A stretch of DNA of 64,000 nucleotides. It comes from Eledone cirrhosa. Its lineage: Eukaryota. The notes beneath the pieces were generated by a model. The model did not search any database and was not told the origin of the DNA. It was given only the letters and a program-made list of their open reading frames with translations. Position numbers and translations under genes: made by a program. The stretch spans positions 84,196,001 through 84,260,000 of the forward strand of contig OZ024745.1 of the NCBI GenBank assembly GCA_964016885.1. The letters are read 5' to 3'. Of the stretch, positions 1 through 11,201 are shown one piece after another. Position 1 is the stretch's first letter. Every line of letters begins with the position of its first letter.

Positions 1-109
1 ACTATCAGAGGGAATATACATACCTACATATATATATGCTGTCTTCAGAAATAATTTATTTCTGAAGACAGCATATATATATGTAGGTATGTATATTCCC
101 TCTGATAGT
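1..109. repeat. Perfect 54-bp-arm palindrome (1-nt loop at 55); may extend left of the window
   Basis: 1-54 is the exact reverse complement of 56-109. Confidence 0.95.
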
Positions 110-187
110 TTGTAAAACTTTTACATAGATCTATATGATATACATACCAACACACACATATATATCCTAGAAACGATCGTAAAATGA
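56..187 (+). ncRNA. Degenerate type I hammerhead ribozyme with ~100-nt stem II (PLE pseudo-LTR)
   Basis: TTATTT-CTGAAGA(62-68), 101-nt segment with self-complementary ends (ATATATATG..GGTATGTATAT / ATATACATACC..CATATATAT), then GAAAC-GATC-GTA(179-181)-AAATGA. Confidence 0.5.
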
Positions 188-279
188 TGAATTTTTTAAT
201 ATAAGGAACTGTTTCTTTGTTTTTATTCATTGTTTTTATTAATTTATATATATATATATATGTGTGTGTGTATATATAT

Positions 280-310
<31 letters not shown>

Positions 311-532
311 AGTAAATAGATAGATAATAGATAGATGGTGGGTGTATACATATATGCATTATATGTATGATATTATATAACATATTATATCTTCCTCATT
401 GGTTTCTAGTTAATTTCTCCTACTCGACATTTCCCAAAATATAGCTTCTTCTCAACCAGCCTTACACCTCGTACATTCCTTCAAGGCATTCTGAAATCTA
501 AAATACGTTTCTCACACACACACACACACATA

Positions 533-617
<85 letters not shown>

Positions 618-630
618 ATATATATGTATG

Positions 631-663
<33 letters not shown>

Positions 664-948
664 GGGTGTGTGCGTGTGCGTGTGTTTGAATGTGTATATG
701 CTAAATGAATTTCAATGACAACATACCTGTGAACCACCACCACTCTCCCTGCGCCAAACCTGCAGGCATTTCAGTTTTTAGTTGCCTGCCTCTGTTTTGC
801 TGTCTTCCACTCTATCTATCTCTAGAGAATAATACATCTAATTTTCTTCATATAGATCTAGCATGTAGTTTTTCTCCAAAACACATTTCCTATCTACTCC
901 ATTTAAGTATTCGCTCCATAAACACTACAATGCTTTAGTTTTTTACAT

Positions 949-1170
949 ATACACTCAAACAAATACACTCACACCTATACTCCCACATAAATACACTCAC
1001 TCCTATACACTCATACAAATACACTCACTCCTATACACTCACTCAAATACACTCACACACATACACTCACTCCTATACACTCACACAAATACACTCACTC
1101 CTATACACTCACACAAATACACTCACACATATACACTAACATAAATACATTGACACTTATACACTTACAC
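949..1170. repeat. Degenerate minisatellite, ~26-28-bp unit TACACTCACTCCTATACACTCACACAAA
   Basis: About 7 imperfect tandem units are directly visible. Confidence 0.85.
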
Positions 1171-1460
1171 AAATACATATTCACTCACACAAATCCTATA
1201 TCTTATATGTATATTTATTCCCTTAGTCTCTACACCTTCTCCATCACCCTTCCACCTGTCATCTTCCTTTTTACTCCTGTTCTGTCAATATTTTTCTTTC
1301 CCTCGATCATCGATGATTTACTTTGTATCATTTATGATTTATGATTCATGCTTTTGCTTTTTTTTAAAAATCATTTTTCAATTTAAACGGTTCTCATGAA
1401 TGTCGCTTTATAATATATACATGTATATAATTATGAAATAATGACATACATGTATATATT

Positions 1461-2266
1461 ATGAAAATGAAGAATGAATATAATACTTTTGCATATTATA
1501 TCGATGATTATGAAACGCGAAATAAAAGACTTCAAGAATTAAATGAAATTCTACTCGAAAGACAGTACCCACCATTACTAATAAATAATGGAATAGAAAG
1601 GGCTAAAGCAATAGGCATTGATGAATTACGAAAACAGAAACAAATTCAAGGTACGTACAATATTCTATCATATATCTCAACATACAACCCAAGAAATGCG
1701 GAAGCTTACAACACTATTCACAAGAACATCCCACTATTGAAACAAGACCCAAGAATGAAAAAAACCCTTGAAACACAAAATAATCAAAAGCAAAAGACAA
1801 CCGAAATCACTAAAAACATTAGTCACCAATGCTAAATTATCTACCACAAACCCACAACCAGCTATCAAAACATGTGGTCGCTCTAATTGTGGAACCTGCA
1901 GTCACCTCATTGAAGGCAACACGTATACATTTCAATCAGGACAACATTTTGCTGTAAAAAATCACTTCACTTTCTCATCAAAAAATCTTCTTTATGCCAT
2001 TAAATGTAAAGGATGCAATAAAGATTATGTAGGACAAACTAAACTCTCACTCAGAAACAATGGCAGTTCATCGCCAACAATTACGAGATCCAACCACGAG
2101 ACAGATACCACTAAGCGCACATCTAGACATATGCGCAAGTAATAAGACACCCAAATTCAAAGTCTTCCCATTTTACCTTTGCGCTGACAATACAACATAA
2201 CAAATACGAATAAAGAAGGAAAATATGTTTATTCAAAAATATAGACCAGCATTAAATATGGTTTAA
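1461..2266 (+). pseudogene. PLE polyprotein C-terminus: thumb remnant, Zn-finger-like linker and GIY-YIG endonuclease (frameshifted)
   Basis: LLERQYPPLLI..YISTYNP, then CGRSNCGTC, then NLLYAIKCKGCNKDYVGQT (GIY-YIG with CxxC); after a frameshift HRQQLRD..SAHL..KENMFIQKYRPALN. Confidence 0.85.
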
Positions 2267-2883
2267 TATACATTAGGTCAACACCATAACATGCTAACCA
2301 TCCAAACAGACACATACACACACACATCACACCTGCTACTTTAGAAAATAAAAACCCGAACTAAATAAACCTTAACATACGTTTGCGCTGACAATACAAC
2401 AGAACAAATACGAATAAGTAAGGAAAATATGTTCATTCAAAAATATTCCTACTAAAGGAATCATTTTCCTACACACACACACACAATATATATATTCTCT
2501 TCATCTTAACATGCTAACCATACTCCCACAAACATATAACACCCATACACACACATAACAAGCTAACCATAACATGCTAACCATCCAAACAGACACATAC
2601 ATACACACACAAACACCTTCTACTTTAGAAAATAAAAACCAGAACTAAATAAACCTTAACATACGTTAATACTCTAACACCTTAAGATGCTAACCAGACC
2701 CCCCACACACATATAACTCCCTCCCCCATTTCTACTAACGGAATTATTTTCCTACACACACACACACAAAATATATATATTCTCTCCATCTTAACATGCT
2801 AACCGTACTCCCACACACACATAACACCCATACACACACACACAACTCCCTTCCCTATTTCTACTAATAGAATCATCTTCGTA

Positions 2884-2952
<69 letters not shown>

Positions 2953-3503
2953 GCACGCAAATAAACATACATATCTCTACTTTCTTTATTTCAATAGAAA
3001 GTCTGAATTCTGACACCCCAGCACACCAGCCATATTCACTGAAGCAGAACAATTCTCCCCATCCCATTTCTCTTGACCATTATCTTTTGTTTGGCACAAA
3101 ATTCTCTAAAAGGCTACAAAATAAATTCCCAAATACGGGCGCGATATTTAATGAACTTGTTCACGTGACAGTCATAATTTCATTTTTTAAAAAAGCCTTC
3201 GTGAGCCACTTTTTTTAAGTAAAAAGAAATTCGAACACAAACTGGCGCGAAAGCTGATGTGCTTATTCACGTGACTGCATCAACCAACCAAACTTCACTC
3301 ATATATGAAAAAACAACCTGAGACCCGTGTTTGATGAACTTTGTAACACGAACTGGCGCGAAATGTATTATACTTATTCACCGACCAATCAAATTACTTC
3401 TCTAAAAACCTGGCATTTCGAGCCACCTTTTTCCATATAAAACAAGTAACATTCAAAGACCAACAGATGTGAGAAAAACCACAGACCCTCCATCTCAACT
3501 CTA

Positions 3504-3536
3504 CTTTGGAAAAGCAGAACTGTGAAACCGGTAAAG
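3504..3536 (+). ncRNA. Minimal hammerhead-like motif, U3-A8 variant
   Basis: CTT-TGGAAAA-GCAG AA CTGT-GAAAC-CG-GTA-AAG: 3-bp stem I, 4-bp stem II and palindromic stem III, lying in the PLE 3' pseudo-LTR. Confidence 0.5.
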
Positions 3537-3906
3537 GAACCAAATAAATATATATATATATTTTTTTAAAAAGAGTCCAGTTGCATTTTCGATTTCATCT
3601 GTGTTTTCCTTATACTTTCACACGTGTAGGACACCTCGGTTATATATATATATATATATCATCGATATAATATATATATATATATTATATATATTAGGTT
3701 ATGCAAGAAATGCTTAGGATTATCATGAATGCAGTAATGATTAATTACTACACTAGATAGAGTCGACGTACAGTGAGGGGTTACTCAACGAGTTATAAAA
3801 GAACAGTTAAAGAAACTTGGTTTTTGATTCTCTTATATTCCGGGGTGTAGATAAAGAATGATTAATAAAACAGATAGACATCATAAAAAGGCAATTTATT
3901 CCAGGT

Positions 3907-4024
3907 ATTTACAGATGTTTCTTTAGTAGTTTCACAGCCTAGTCATGCTATATGCAAATTAGTAGTTATTAATTTGCAGATACTAAATTTTCAAAAGCTG
4001 CTCGAACTACCAAGTCGTCAGAAC
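3907..4024 (-). ncRNA. Hammerhead ribozyme with expanded stem II (inverted pseudo-LTR copy, family A)
   Basis: Reverse complement reads GTT-CTGACGA-CTTGGTAGTT...AACTACTAAA-GAAAC-ATCT-GTA-AAT. Confidence 0.65.
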
Positions 4025-4286
4025 GAATGGTTGAATCATGGTTTCCTTATATTTCTTAAAGGGGGTAATTGGGGAAGATAGAGTAGAAAAGGAAGAGAGA
4101 AAGAAAGGGAGAGGGAGGGATAGATATGTAGGGGTAGGAGAAATGGGAGAGAGGTTTGAAGAATACAGATAGATTGAACTAAATGCTATGACAGGGGTCC
4201 AACAAGTGGTTTTATTATATTGCTTACTCTCAAAGAGATAACCTAGGCATTGTGTTGATCGTATCAAGTTTGGAATTATTTATTGC

Positions 4287-5610
4287 GACAGAAAGGCTAC
4301 GCAAAAACATTAGGAAATCTCTTAGCGAACTGGGTCTGAAAATAACGTATGAATACAATCTTAAAGAAGCGAATTTTCTAGGCGTAACTCTTAATTTGAA
4401 CACAGGACTGATACGACCCTTCCACAACATAAACGAGAACATTACCTATATTAACTACAACTCGAATCACCCACTTTCCATGATTAAATCGGTGCCTCGT
4501 AGTATTTCTCTTAGAATCTCTCGCCTATCGTCTAACTCTCAGATTTTCAGTGAACATGCAGAATACTATAATAACGCACTGGGGAATGCTGACCATCGGG
4601 ATAAAATAGAATACATTGATAAGAATCACCAGAGCACACATAGCAACACACAGAATCAAAGAATATGTAACCGGGGCACAGGCATACAAACACACACACG
4701 CAGTACCACCAGACATACTAATAATAGAAAATCATCACCAAACTCAAACAAATTACGTTCCAGGAAGTATGTCTGGTATAATCCCATTTTTAATGCTTCG
4801 ATTAGTACAAAAGTATCTCTTTTATTCTTTAAGTTAATTAATAAGCATTTCCCTAATTCCCATAAATACAGTAAAATGTTAAACTCTAAGACTATTAAGC
4901 TATATCAAACCTAGAAGCACACATAAAAAAGCTTAACTTAAAGCGATTATTAAACAACAATACAAAACAAAATATTACAAAACTCCACTGTATCAAACCT
5001 AGAAGCACACATAAAAAAGCTTAACTTAAAGCGATTATTAAACAACAATACAAAACAAAATATTTTAGACGCAGATGGGCATAACGTAATATCAACTTCC
5101 CAACCACCAAATGGGAAACGAGTATTACGCAACTCACCTGTACTGTTATCCCAACCTATCCATAGTACAGTTGTTACCCATAACAAAAACTGTAATTGCC
5201 ACCTACCCGAGAGATGCCCATTGAAGAATAAATGCCTGGAGTCCAACATTGTTTATCACTGCACTGTCGAATAAAACGAGCAGAAATGGTATTACGTCGG
5301 ATCTACTACTACCTCCTTTAAATCACGCTGGTATCGTCATCGATTTTCGATTAAACATCCTGAACACCACTATGTAACTACACTCGCTAATAAGACCTGG
5401 CAAATCCGCGAACACAACCAAAGGTTCACCCCAAAATGGGATAAATTATCCAGCGCTAGTGCATATCGGAGTGGATTAAAATACTGCAGATTATGCAGCC
5501 TTGAACTTTTTTATATCTTGAAATCTAAAAACAATTTACTAAATGACAGAATCGAACGATCGTTATACTGCAAAAACAAACTGAAGGCTAAATGTTCTCA
5601 CTTAGCATAA
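4287..5610 (+). pseudogene. PLE RT motifs 6-7/thumb plus CxCx5Cx5C linker plus GIY-YIG endonuclease (disrupted)
   Basis: ELGLKITYE..ANFLGVTLNL..YINYNSNHP; VWYNPIF; CNCHLPERCPLKNKCLESNIVY; YVGSTTTSFKSRWYRH; CRLC. An 88-bp tandem duplication (4903/4991) and a stop disrupt it. Confidence 0.88.
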
Positions 5611-6195
5611 TTTGAACCCGGGACTATGGCACCACTTTCTCGCTAACTAATTTAACTCATTACTTACTTCCTAAATATATACCCCCCCCCCACACACACA
5701 CTACTATCCACCCTCCCCCACTACCAACCAGTACCTTATTTATCGTAATAAAGGTATACTTTAGTACGATCAGCAAACTACAACAATCAACTCGGTGTAT
5801 ATCGCCTTCCTTCCCCTTCTGTTAACTTTTTTCTGTCCCCTCTCTTTCTATCGTTCTCTCTCTCTCTCTTTCTTTCTCTCTCGCTCTCTGTCTATCTCCC
5901 TCCTTCACCACATCTATTAACCTGCCCTCTATGGCAATAAATAATTCCAAACTTGATACTATCAACACAATGCCTAAGTTATCTCTGAGAGTAAGCAATA
6001 TAATAAAACCACTTGTTGGACCCCTGTCATAGCATTTAGATCAAGCTATCTGTATTCTTCAAACCTCTCTCTCCCATTTCTCCTACCCCTACATATCTAT
6101 CTCTCCCTCTCCCTTTCTTTCTCTCTTCCTTTTCTACTCTATCTTCCCCAATTACCCCCTTTAAAAAATATAAGGAAACCATGATTCAACCATTC

Positions 6196-6313
6196 GTTCT
6201 GACGACTTGGTAGTTCGAGCAGCTTTTGAAAATTTAGTATCTGCAAATTAATAAGTACTAATTTACATATAGCATGACTAGGCTGTGTAACTACTAAAGA
6301 AACATTTGTAAAC
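6196..6313 (+). ncRNA. Hammerhead ribozyme with ~93-nt stem II (family A 3' pseudo-LTR)
   Basis: GTT-CTGACGA(6199-6205), 9-bp helix TTGGTAGTT/AACTACTAA enclosing further hairpins, GAAAC-ATTT-GTA(6308-6310)-AAC, then AATAAA 9 nt downstream. Confidence 0.7.
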
Positions 6314-6575
6314 ACTTGGAATAAATTGCTTTTATGATTTCTATCTGTTTTATTAATCATTCTTTATATATTATATATATATATGTGTGTGTGTGTGTGT
6401 GCTCACCACCGGATTCTGTTATCCGGAAATTTACCCATCTGCATTGTTGAGACTTCTAAAACGGCCAAATTTTTTATTATTCCGCAATGCTTCAAGCAAA
6501 CTTCAATACTCTCTTATATATATATATTATATGTGTATATATATGTATATATATCTATATATATATATATATATA

Positions 6576-6646
<71 letters not shown>

Positions 6647-6809
6647 AATCTGAGTTTTTCGAATATTAATAATAACATTCGATTTGTTTGCAATTTTGCA
6701 AACAAGCCTCAATTTTGTAGCCATGTTGCTCTTGTGTTGGCATGTGTTGGCATATATATAAGTTATTCCGGGTTCAATCGGGGGTAACCACAGTAAGTAA
6801 GATACTCGT

Positions 6810-8278
6810 TCCATATTCCTTCTTAAAGGGTTAAGAAAAGAATGGGTATGCATGTAAAGACGCTGCTTGACTCTATTGGCGGTTAACCCAAGGTAGGTCC
6901 TACGGGACGAGGGTGTCTCAACCTTACATTTGTAGACAATGTTACTAGCGAGGCATTTCCCGGATAGGGGGCAGTCAACCCGATTCCTACAATTACAGTT
7001 AGTACTAGCTACAGTGTTGCACGTGTTCCTACGACTCGGTAATTTAGCTAAATTTGAAGTAGTGATTTTATGTGCAAGGTTAGGAGTCGTAGAGTAAGAA
7101 ATTTTAATTGTGTTTCTATTAAAAATGTTATTATATTTATGTGCTGGGGGGGAATGCTTCATAATAAGGGAGAGAAAGATCTCTCAATATGAGACCATAC
7201 AATATGGAGGTGTGGCCACCTCCATATTGTATGATGGGTTATACCATATAATGCGTCGGGATCTATTTTTCCTAGGTCTATGCTCATACTCGGTATATGT
7301 TACCTTATCGACAAATCCACTCCGAGCAAGAGTTTCGTTGTAATATGTGGAATGGTCGGTGAAAATAGGCTCGTTTGCAGATAGACGGGAAAGAAATGTT
7401 TCTTACCAGGTTCTTGATTATTCTGGCAGGATGGTTAGAATGCTTGCTTATGCAATTAAGCGTACCATTCTGCTTTCTATACGGGTAGTGCAAGCCATTC
7501 GACAAATTGAGGGTAAAATCGAGGTAATTAACGACCGAGAGGTTCCCCTCAGCATGTATGGAGAAGTTGAAGCCTTTAAAGAAGACTGTGAGTTCTTTCT
7601 GAACCTGTCGCAACCTGGTACAAACCACCGCCCACGTTGGGGAATTCTTCCTTGATAGAGAAAAGAAGGAAAGGGCCGATAAAATCCTTTACTAAGTCTA
7701 CCTAAATCGGACTTCGTAGGGTTAATAAGCCGAATAGAAGGGTTGTTCGGGAAATTGGATTTGTGATCCTTCAGGGTAAAGTGGGGGAGAAATAGGGTCC
7801 AGAGGTTCAGTCCGGTCCATGATGTTGAGATCAGAGGTGATTTTAAACCCAGCATCGTTGATGTCATTAATGACACTCTGGTTAGTTACAGCATTATGTA
7901 GCAGTTGATGGTAAGTACTGCGCTCCACTTGATATAGATTGCCAGTTTTGTCAGAGTGGACGTGCACGGCATTAGAATCCTTAATAGAACGAATTCTATT
8001 CTTCAAGTCCTGCTGGAAGGAATTGCCCCTATTCCGAAATTTGATACTCCGTATGAGTTCCACGACATCATTTTCGAAGGGTAGCAATGCTGGGTTAGTC
8101 GGAGGCTTATTGTAGGTTTTAAACCCAAATTTATCTTGTTTGTTGTCCGCTTTTCCCTGATTATCGAAATAAAAGGCACGCCAACGCAACCTTTTAATGG
8201 ACGAGTCCGTTTTAGGTATGTCTTCCTGCTTGGTACGGGTATGTTCTTTGTAGAAATATTCAGATGTTGTCTCTGCAT
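6810..8278 (-). pseudogene. PLE polyprotein (N-terminus, partial RT with catalytic core deleted, GIY-YIG truncated)
   Basis: STKNIPVP..RLRWRAFYF; SDKTGNLY; TLKDHKSNFPNNPSIRLINPTKSDLG; VNYLDFTLNL; CNCRNRVDCPLSGKCLASNIVY..YLGLT..KQRLYMH. The YRDD segment seen at 44340-44362 is missing here. Confidence 0.88.
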
Positions 8279-8432
8279 GATGAATATAAGTCAATAGCGT
8301 GCTCAACCGAGGGAGCCAAATAGTAATAGTAATAAATTTGAAGACTAAAATCCAAAGAGGGCTCGATAAGGATAAATATATATCAAATATATAAGAACCG
8401 TAGAGCAAATATTTATTAAAATAACTGATTAA

Positions 8433-8483
8433 AGTTTAAGCAAAGAATCGCTGCTTTCACCCTTAACGGAATCTTCTGAAACT
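8433..8483 (-). ncRNA. Hammerhead variant with CAGAAGA core (family B pseudo-LTR)
   Basis: AGTTT-CAGAAGA-TTCC GTTAA GGGT-GAAA-GCA(9 nt)TGC-TT-AAACT: 5-bp stem I and CUU cleavage triplet. Confidence 0.6.
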
Positions 8484-8831
8484 AAAAAATCAATCTGTGA
8501 AAGCAGAAGTAAATATTTCGAAAAACGTTGCAACCGAAGGAAGACAGGAAGACGATACTTTAGTTCGAGGAAACGTTCACTGGCAAAGAACGAAAAAAAC
8601 GAAGATAATACGTCATTATGTGGATCGATAAAAACAATTACACGCAAAGACAAAACCACGTTTATGGTATAAATGAAGTCGTAGACTAAAATTCTATTTA
8701 GGAAACCGACGCTCCACATAATGACGTATTATCTTCGTTTTTCCGTTCGTGGCCAGGGAACGTCTCCACGAACCACCTAATATACCATGAACGTGGTTTT
8801 GTTTTTGTGTGTAATTGTTTTCACCGCTCCA

Positions 8832-9116
8832 AATAATTGTTTCTACTTTTGGCACAAGGCCAGCAATTATCCCAGTGTATTACTGGTACTTTATTTAATT
8901 GACCCCGTAAGGATGAAAGGCAAAGTTAACCTCGGCGGGATTTGAACTCAGTCCGTAAAGAGGAGTAACTGTGCTGCAAAGTTACGTCCCTTTACGGACT
9001 GAGTTCAAATCCCGCCGAGGTTAACTTTGCCTTTCATCCTTACGGTCGATTAAATAAAGTGCCAGTAATACACTGGGATAATTGCTGGCCTTGTGCCAAA
9101 AGTAGAAACAATTATT
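8832..9116. mobile_element. Two head-to-head 5'-truncated tRNA-derived SINE copies (Meta/MESC-like central domain)
   Basis: B box GAGTTCAAATCC followed by TTGCCTTTCATCCTT..GGTCGAT..AAATAAAGTACCAG. Confidence 0.8.
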
Positions 9117-9489
9117 TGGAGCGGTGAAAACAAATACACGCAAAGATAAAACCACGTTCATGGTATAAATGAAGTCGTAGACTAATATTCTATTAGGTGG
9201 TTCGTGGAGACGTTCCCTGGCCACTAACGGAAAAACGAAAATGATACGTCATTATGTGGAGCGTCGGTTTCCTAAAGAGAATTTTAGTCTACGACTTCAT
9301 TTATACCATAAACGGGTTTTGTCTTTGCGTGTAATTGTTTTTATCGATCCACATAATGACGTATTATCTTCGATTTTTTCGTTCTTTGCCAGGGAACGTT
9401 TCCACGAACCAAAGTATCATCTTCCTGTCTTCCTTTGGTTGCAACGTTTTTCGAAATATTTACTTCTGCGTTCACAGATTGATTTTTTC

Positions 9490-9539
9490 AGTTTCTGATA
9501 TCCCGTTAAGGGTGAAAGCCGCGATTCTTTGCTTAAACT
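9490..9539 (+). ncRNA. Damaged family B hammerhead copy (core reads CTGATA, 1 nt short)
   Basis: Stem I (AGTTT/AAACT) and stem II match the other family B copies; stem III has one substitution. Confidence 0.4.
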
Positions 9540-9869
9540 TTAATCTGTTATTTTATTAAATATTTGCTCTACGGTTCTTATATATTTGATATATATTTAT
9601 CCTTATCAAGCCCTCTTTGGATTTTAGTCTTCAAATTTATTATTATTACTATTTATTATTATTACTATATATATAACCAAAAGTTAAACAAGGTTCATTG
9701 ATTAATCAATGAATATAGTTTTACAATCGATTAGAAGCACTCAACAAAAGGTTATCTGGAGTTATTAATATTTTGAATTAATATTATATATATATATATA
9801 TATATAAATGCACACGTAGCCATGAAAATGCACACATACACAAGGGGAATTAGCAGGGTCGTAGGAACG

Positions 9870-9992
9870 TCAGATAGAGTAATTTGCAGTATTTCTTCTG
9901 GCTGTCTGAGCTCTCAGTTCAAATTCCACCGAGGTCAACTTTGCCTTTCATCCTTTCGTGGTGAATAAAATAAGTACCAGCTCAATACTAGG
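9870..9992 (+). mobile_element. tRNA-derived SINE fragment (same family)
   Basis: GTTCAAATTCCACCGAGGTCAACTTTGCCTTTCATCCTTTCG..AAAATAAGTACCAG. Confidence 0.75.
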
Positions 9993-10464
9993 GTAGATTC
10001 TTCTTCTATATCTCTTTATTGCTTCTATTGTATCCCTTTTTCTCTCTTTTCCTGCATGAAATCGGTTTTGTTCAGGACCGAAGAAGGGATGGTCGCCGTC
10101 AGGTTTAAAATGCCCAAGAAACGCTGTATGACATAATGGCGCCCCTATGACATACATACATACATGGTGGTGGCCAACTCATTTTCGAGTACGGCCACTA
10201 CTTTATATCCATGTAGGAGAACGCCTACCGATGCGCTGAACGAGTGTGACTTTTTAGTCCAGCCAGCGACTTGAAAACTCTGGTACAAACACTACACTTG
10301 TGACAATTATTGACACATAGTGCTGGGCCCATGGTACCATGTGACGACAAGTGTAGAGAGATCTCCAGATATAAAGCCATGCGTGTGCCGTGAAGCTTTT
10401 ATAGTGAGCAAAGGCACTGCACAAAGCCAGTCCCACTGTCTTAACCAAGATGATATTTACAAAA

Positions 10465-10773
10465 AAGAAGAACAAGTCAACATCGTTGGCTACCATCAGA
10501 GTTGCAGGTGTTATATCAGAGTTTTCCTTCTCCTAGAATTCTGCCTTGACAAAGGCTAAGGGGTCATCTCTCCCTGTTATTTTGGATGGCCATTGACTCG
10601 TAAGAGCCCCTTTGCCCTTTGACAGGTTTTGTTTTTAGTCCTGCAGGATGTCCAAAGTCACCCTCCTCACCAAGAAACCTAGGTAGGGTTGCCAGTTTAG
10701 CCGCCAACGGCCCGACCATGAGATAGGTTGTACTGGGATACATGTTACCAGTAGCACCAACTGGTGACCTGAC
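10465..10773 (-). repeat. Dispersed repeat, copy 1; probable 5' UTR of a non-LTR retrotransposon
   Basis: Homologous to 14037-14488; GC-richer than the flanks and bounded by (TACA)n. The family assignment is inference. Confidence 0.6.
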
Positions 10774-11146
10774 ATATACATAGATACATACATACATGCA
10801 TAGATACATATATATATGCATATATATATATTAGATCCCTTCTTCCTCCCGTTAGACCTGTACGGAATTCCTTCCTTGCTCACATTCCAACCAGGTTTGA
10901 TGGTCTTTATTCTCTCTCATTCACGATTTTACCGAATTTATATTCATGGAAATTTGGGACTTGACTCCTTCTTCCCCATTTTTCGTTGCTTCACCATCTT
11001 TGTATGTTTACACTCTCGTGTCCCCTTTATTTACGTGTCCCAACGACTTTTTTTAGCCGTTGCTCGCACCAACCGGAGGTATATGGTCTTTAAAGCGATG
11101 AAATACCAATGATGGTTGTAAGATCACTGATGAAGGACTAACTTTA

Positions 11147-11201
<55 letters not shown>

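Larger units (their letters stand above)
1461..3640 (+). mobile_element. 5'-truncated Penelope-like element, Neptune-type, with repetitive 3' UTR and pseudo-LTR
   Basis: RT-thumb/linker and GIY-YIG remnant, internally repeated 3' region (TAACATGCTAACC units, 2280-2880), hammerhead motif at 3504-3536, ends at (TA)n. Confidence 0.75.
3697..6367 (+). mobile_element. Penelope-like element, Hydra-clade type (family A), 5'-truncated with inverted 5' pseudo-LTR
   Basis: 3851-4286 is an inverted copy of 5934-6367; the ORF remnant lies between them; both ends abut (TA)n. Confidence 0.85.
6762..9654 (-). mobile_element. Penelope-like element, Hydra-clade type (family B copy 1), internally deleted, with complex inverted 5' end
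   Basis: High similarity to 42516-45675; ORF remnant 6810-8278; 5' pseudo-LTR folded back as an inverted repeat 8318-9654. Confidence 0.88.
8318..9654. repeat. 1.34-kb imperfect inverted repeat (centre ~8975) made of pseudo-LTR plus SINE sequence
   Basis: The arms align as reverse complements with substitutions and small indels; the central spacer is ~30 nt. Confidence 0.92.

Noticed and set aside
949-1170. Regularly spaced repeats as a CRISPR-like array
   Set aside because: No unique spacers; a degenerate minisatellite in eukaryotic DNA.
11122-11150. CTGATGA box before a (TA)n tract
   Set aside because: No GAAA, stem III or NUH follows; at best a truncated remnant.
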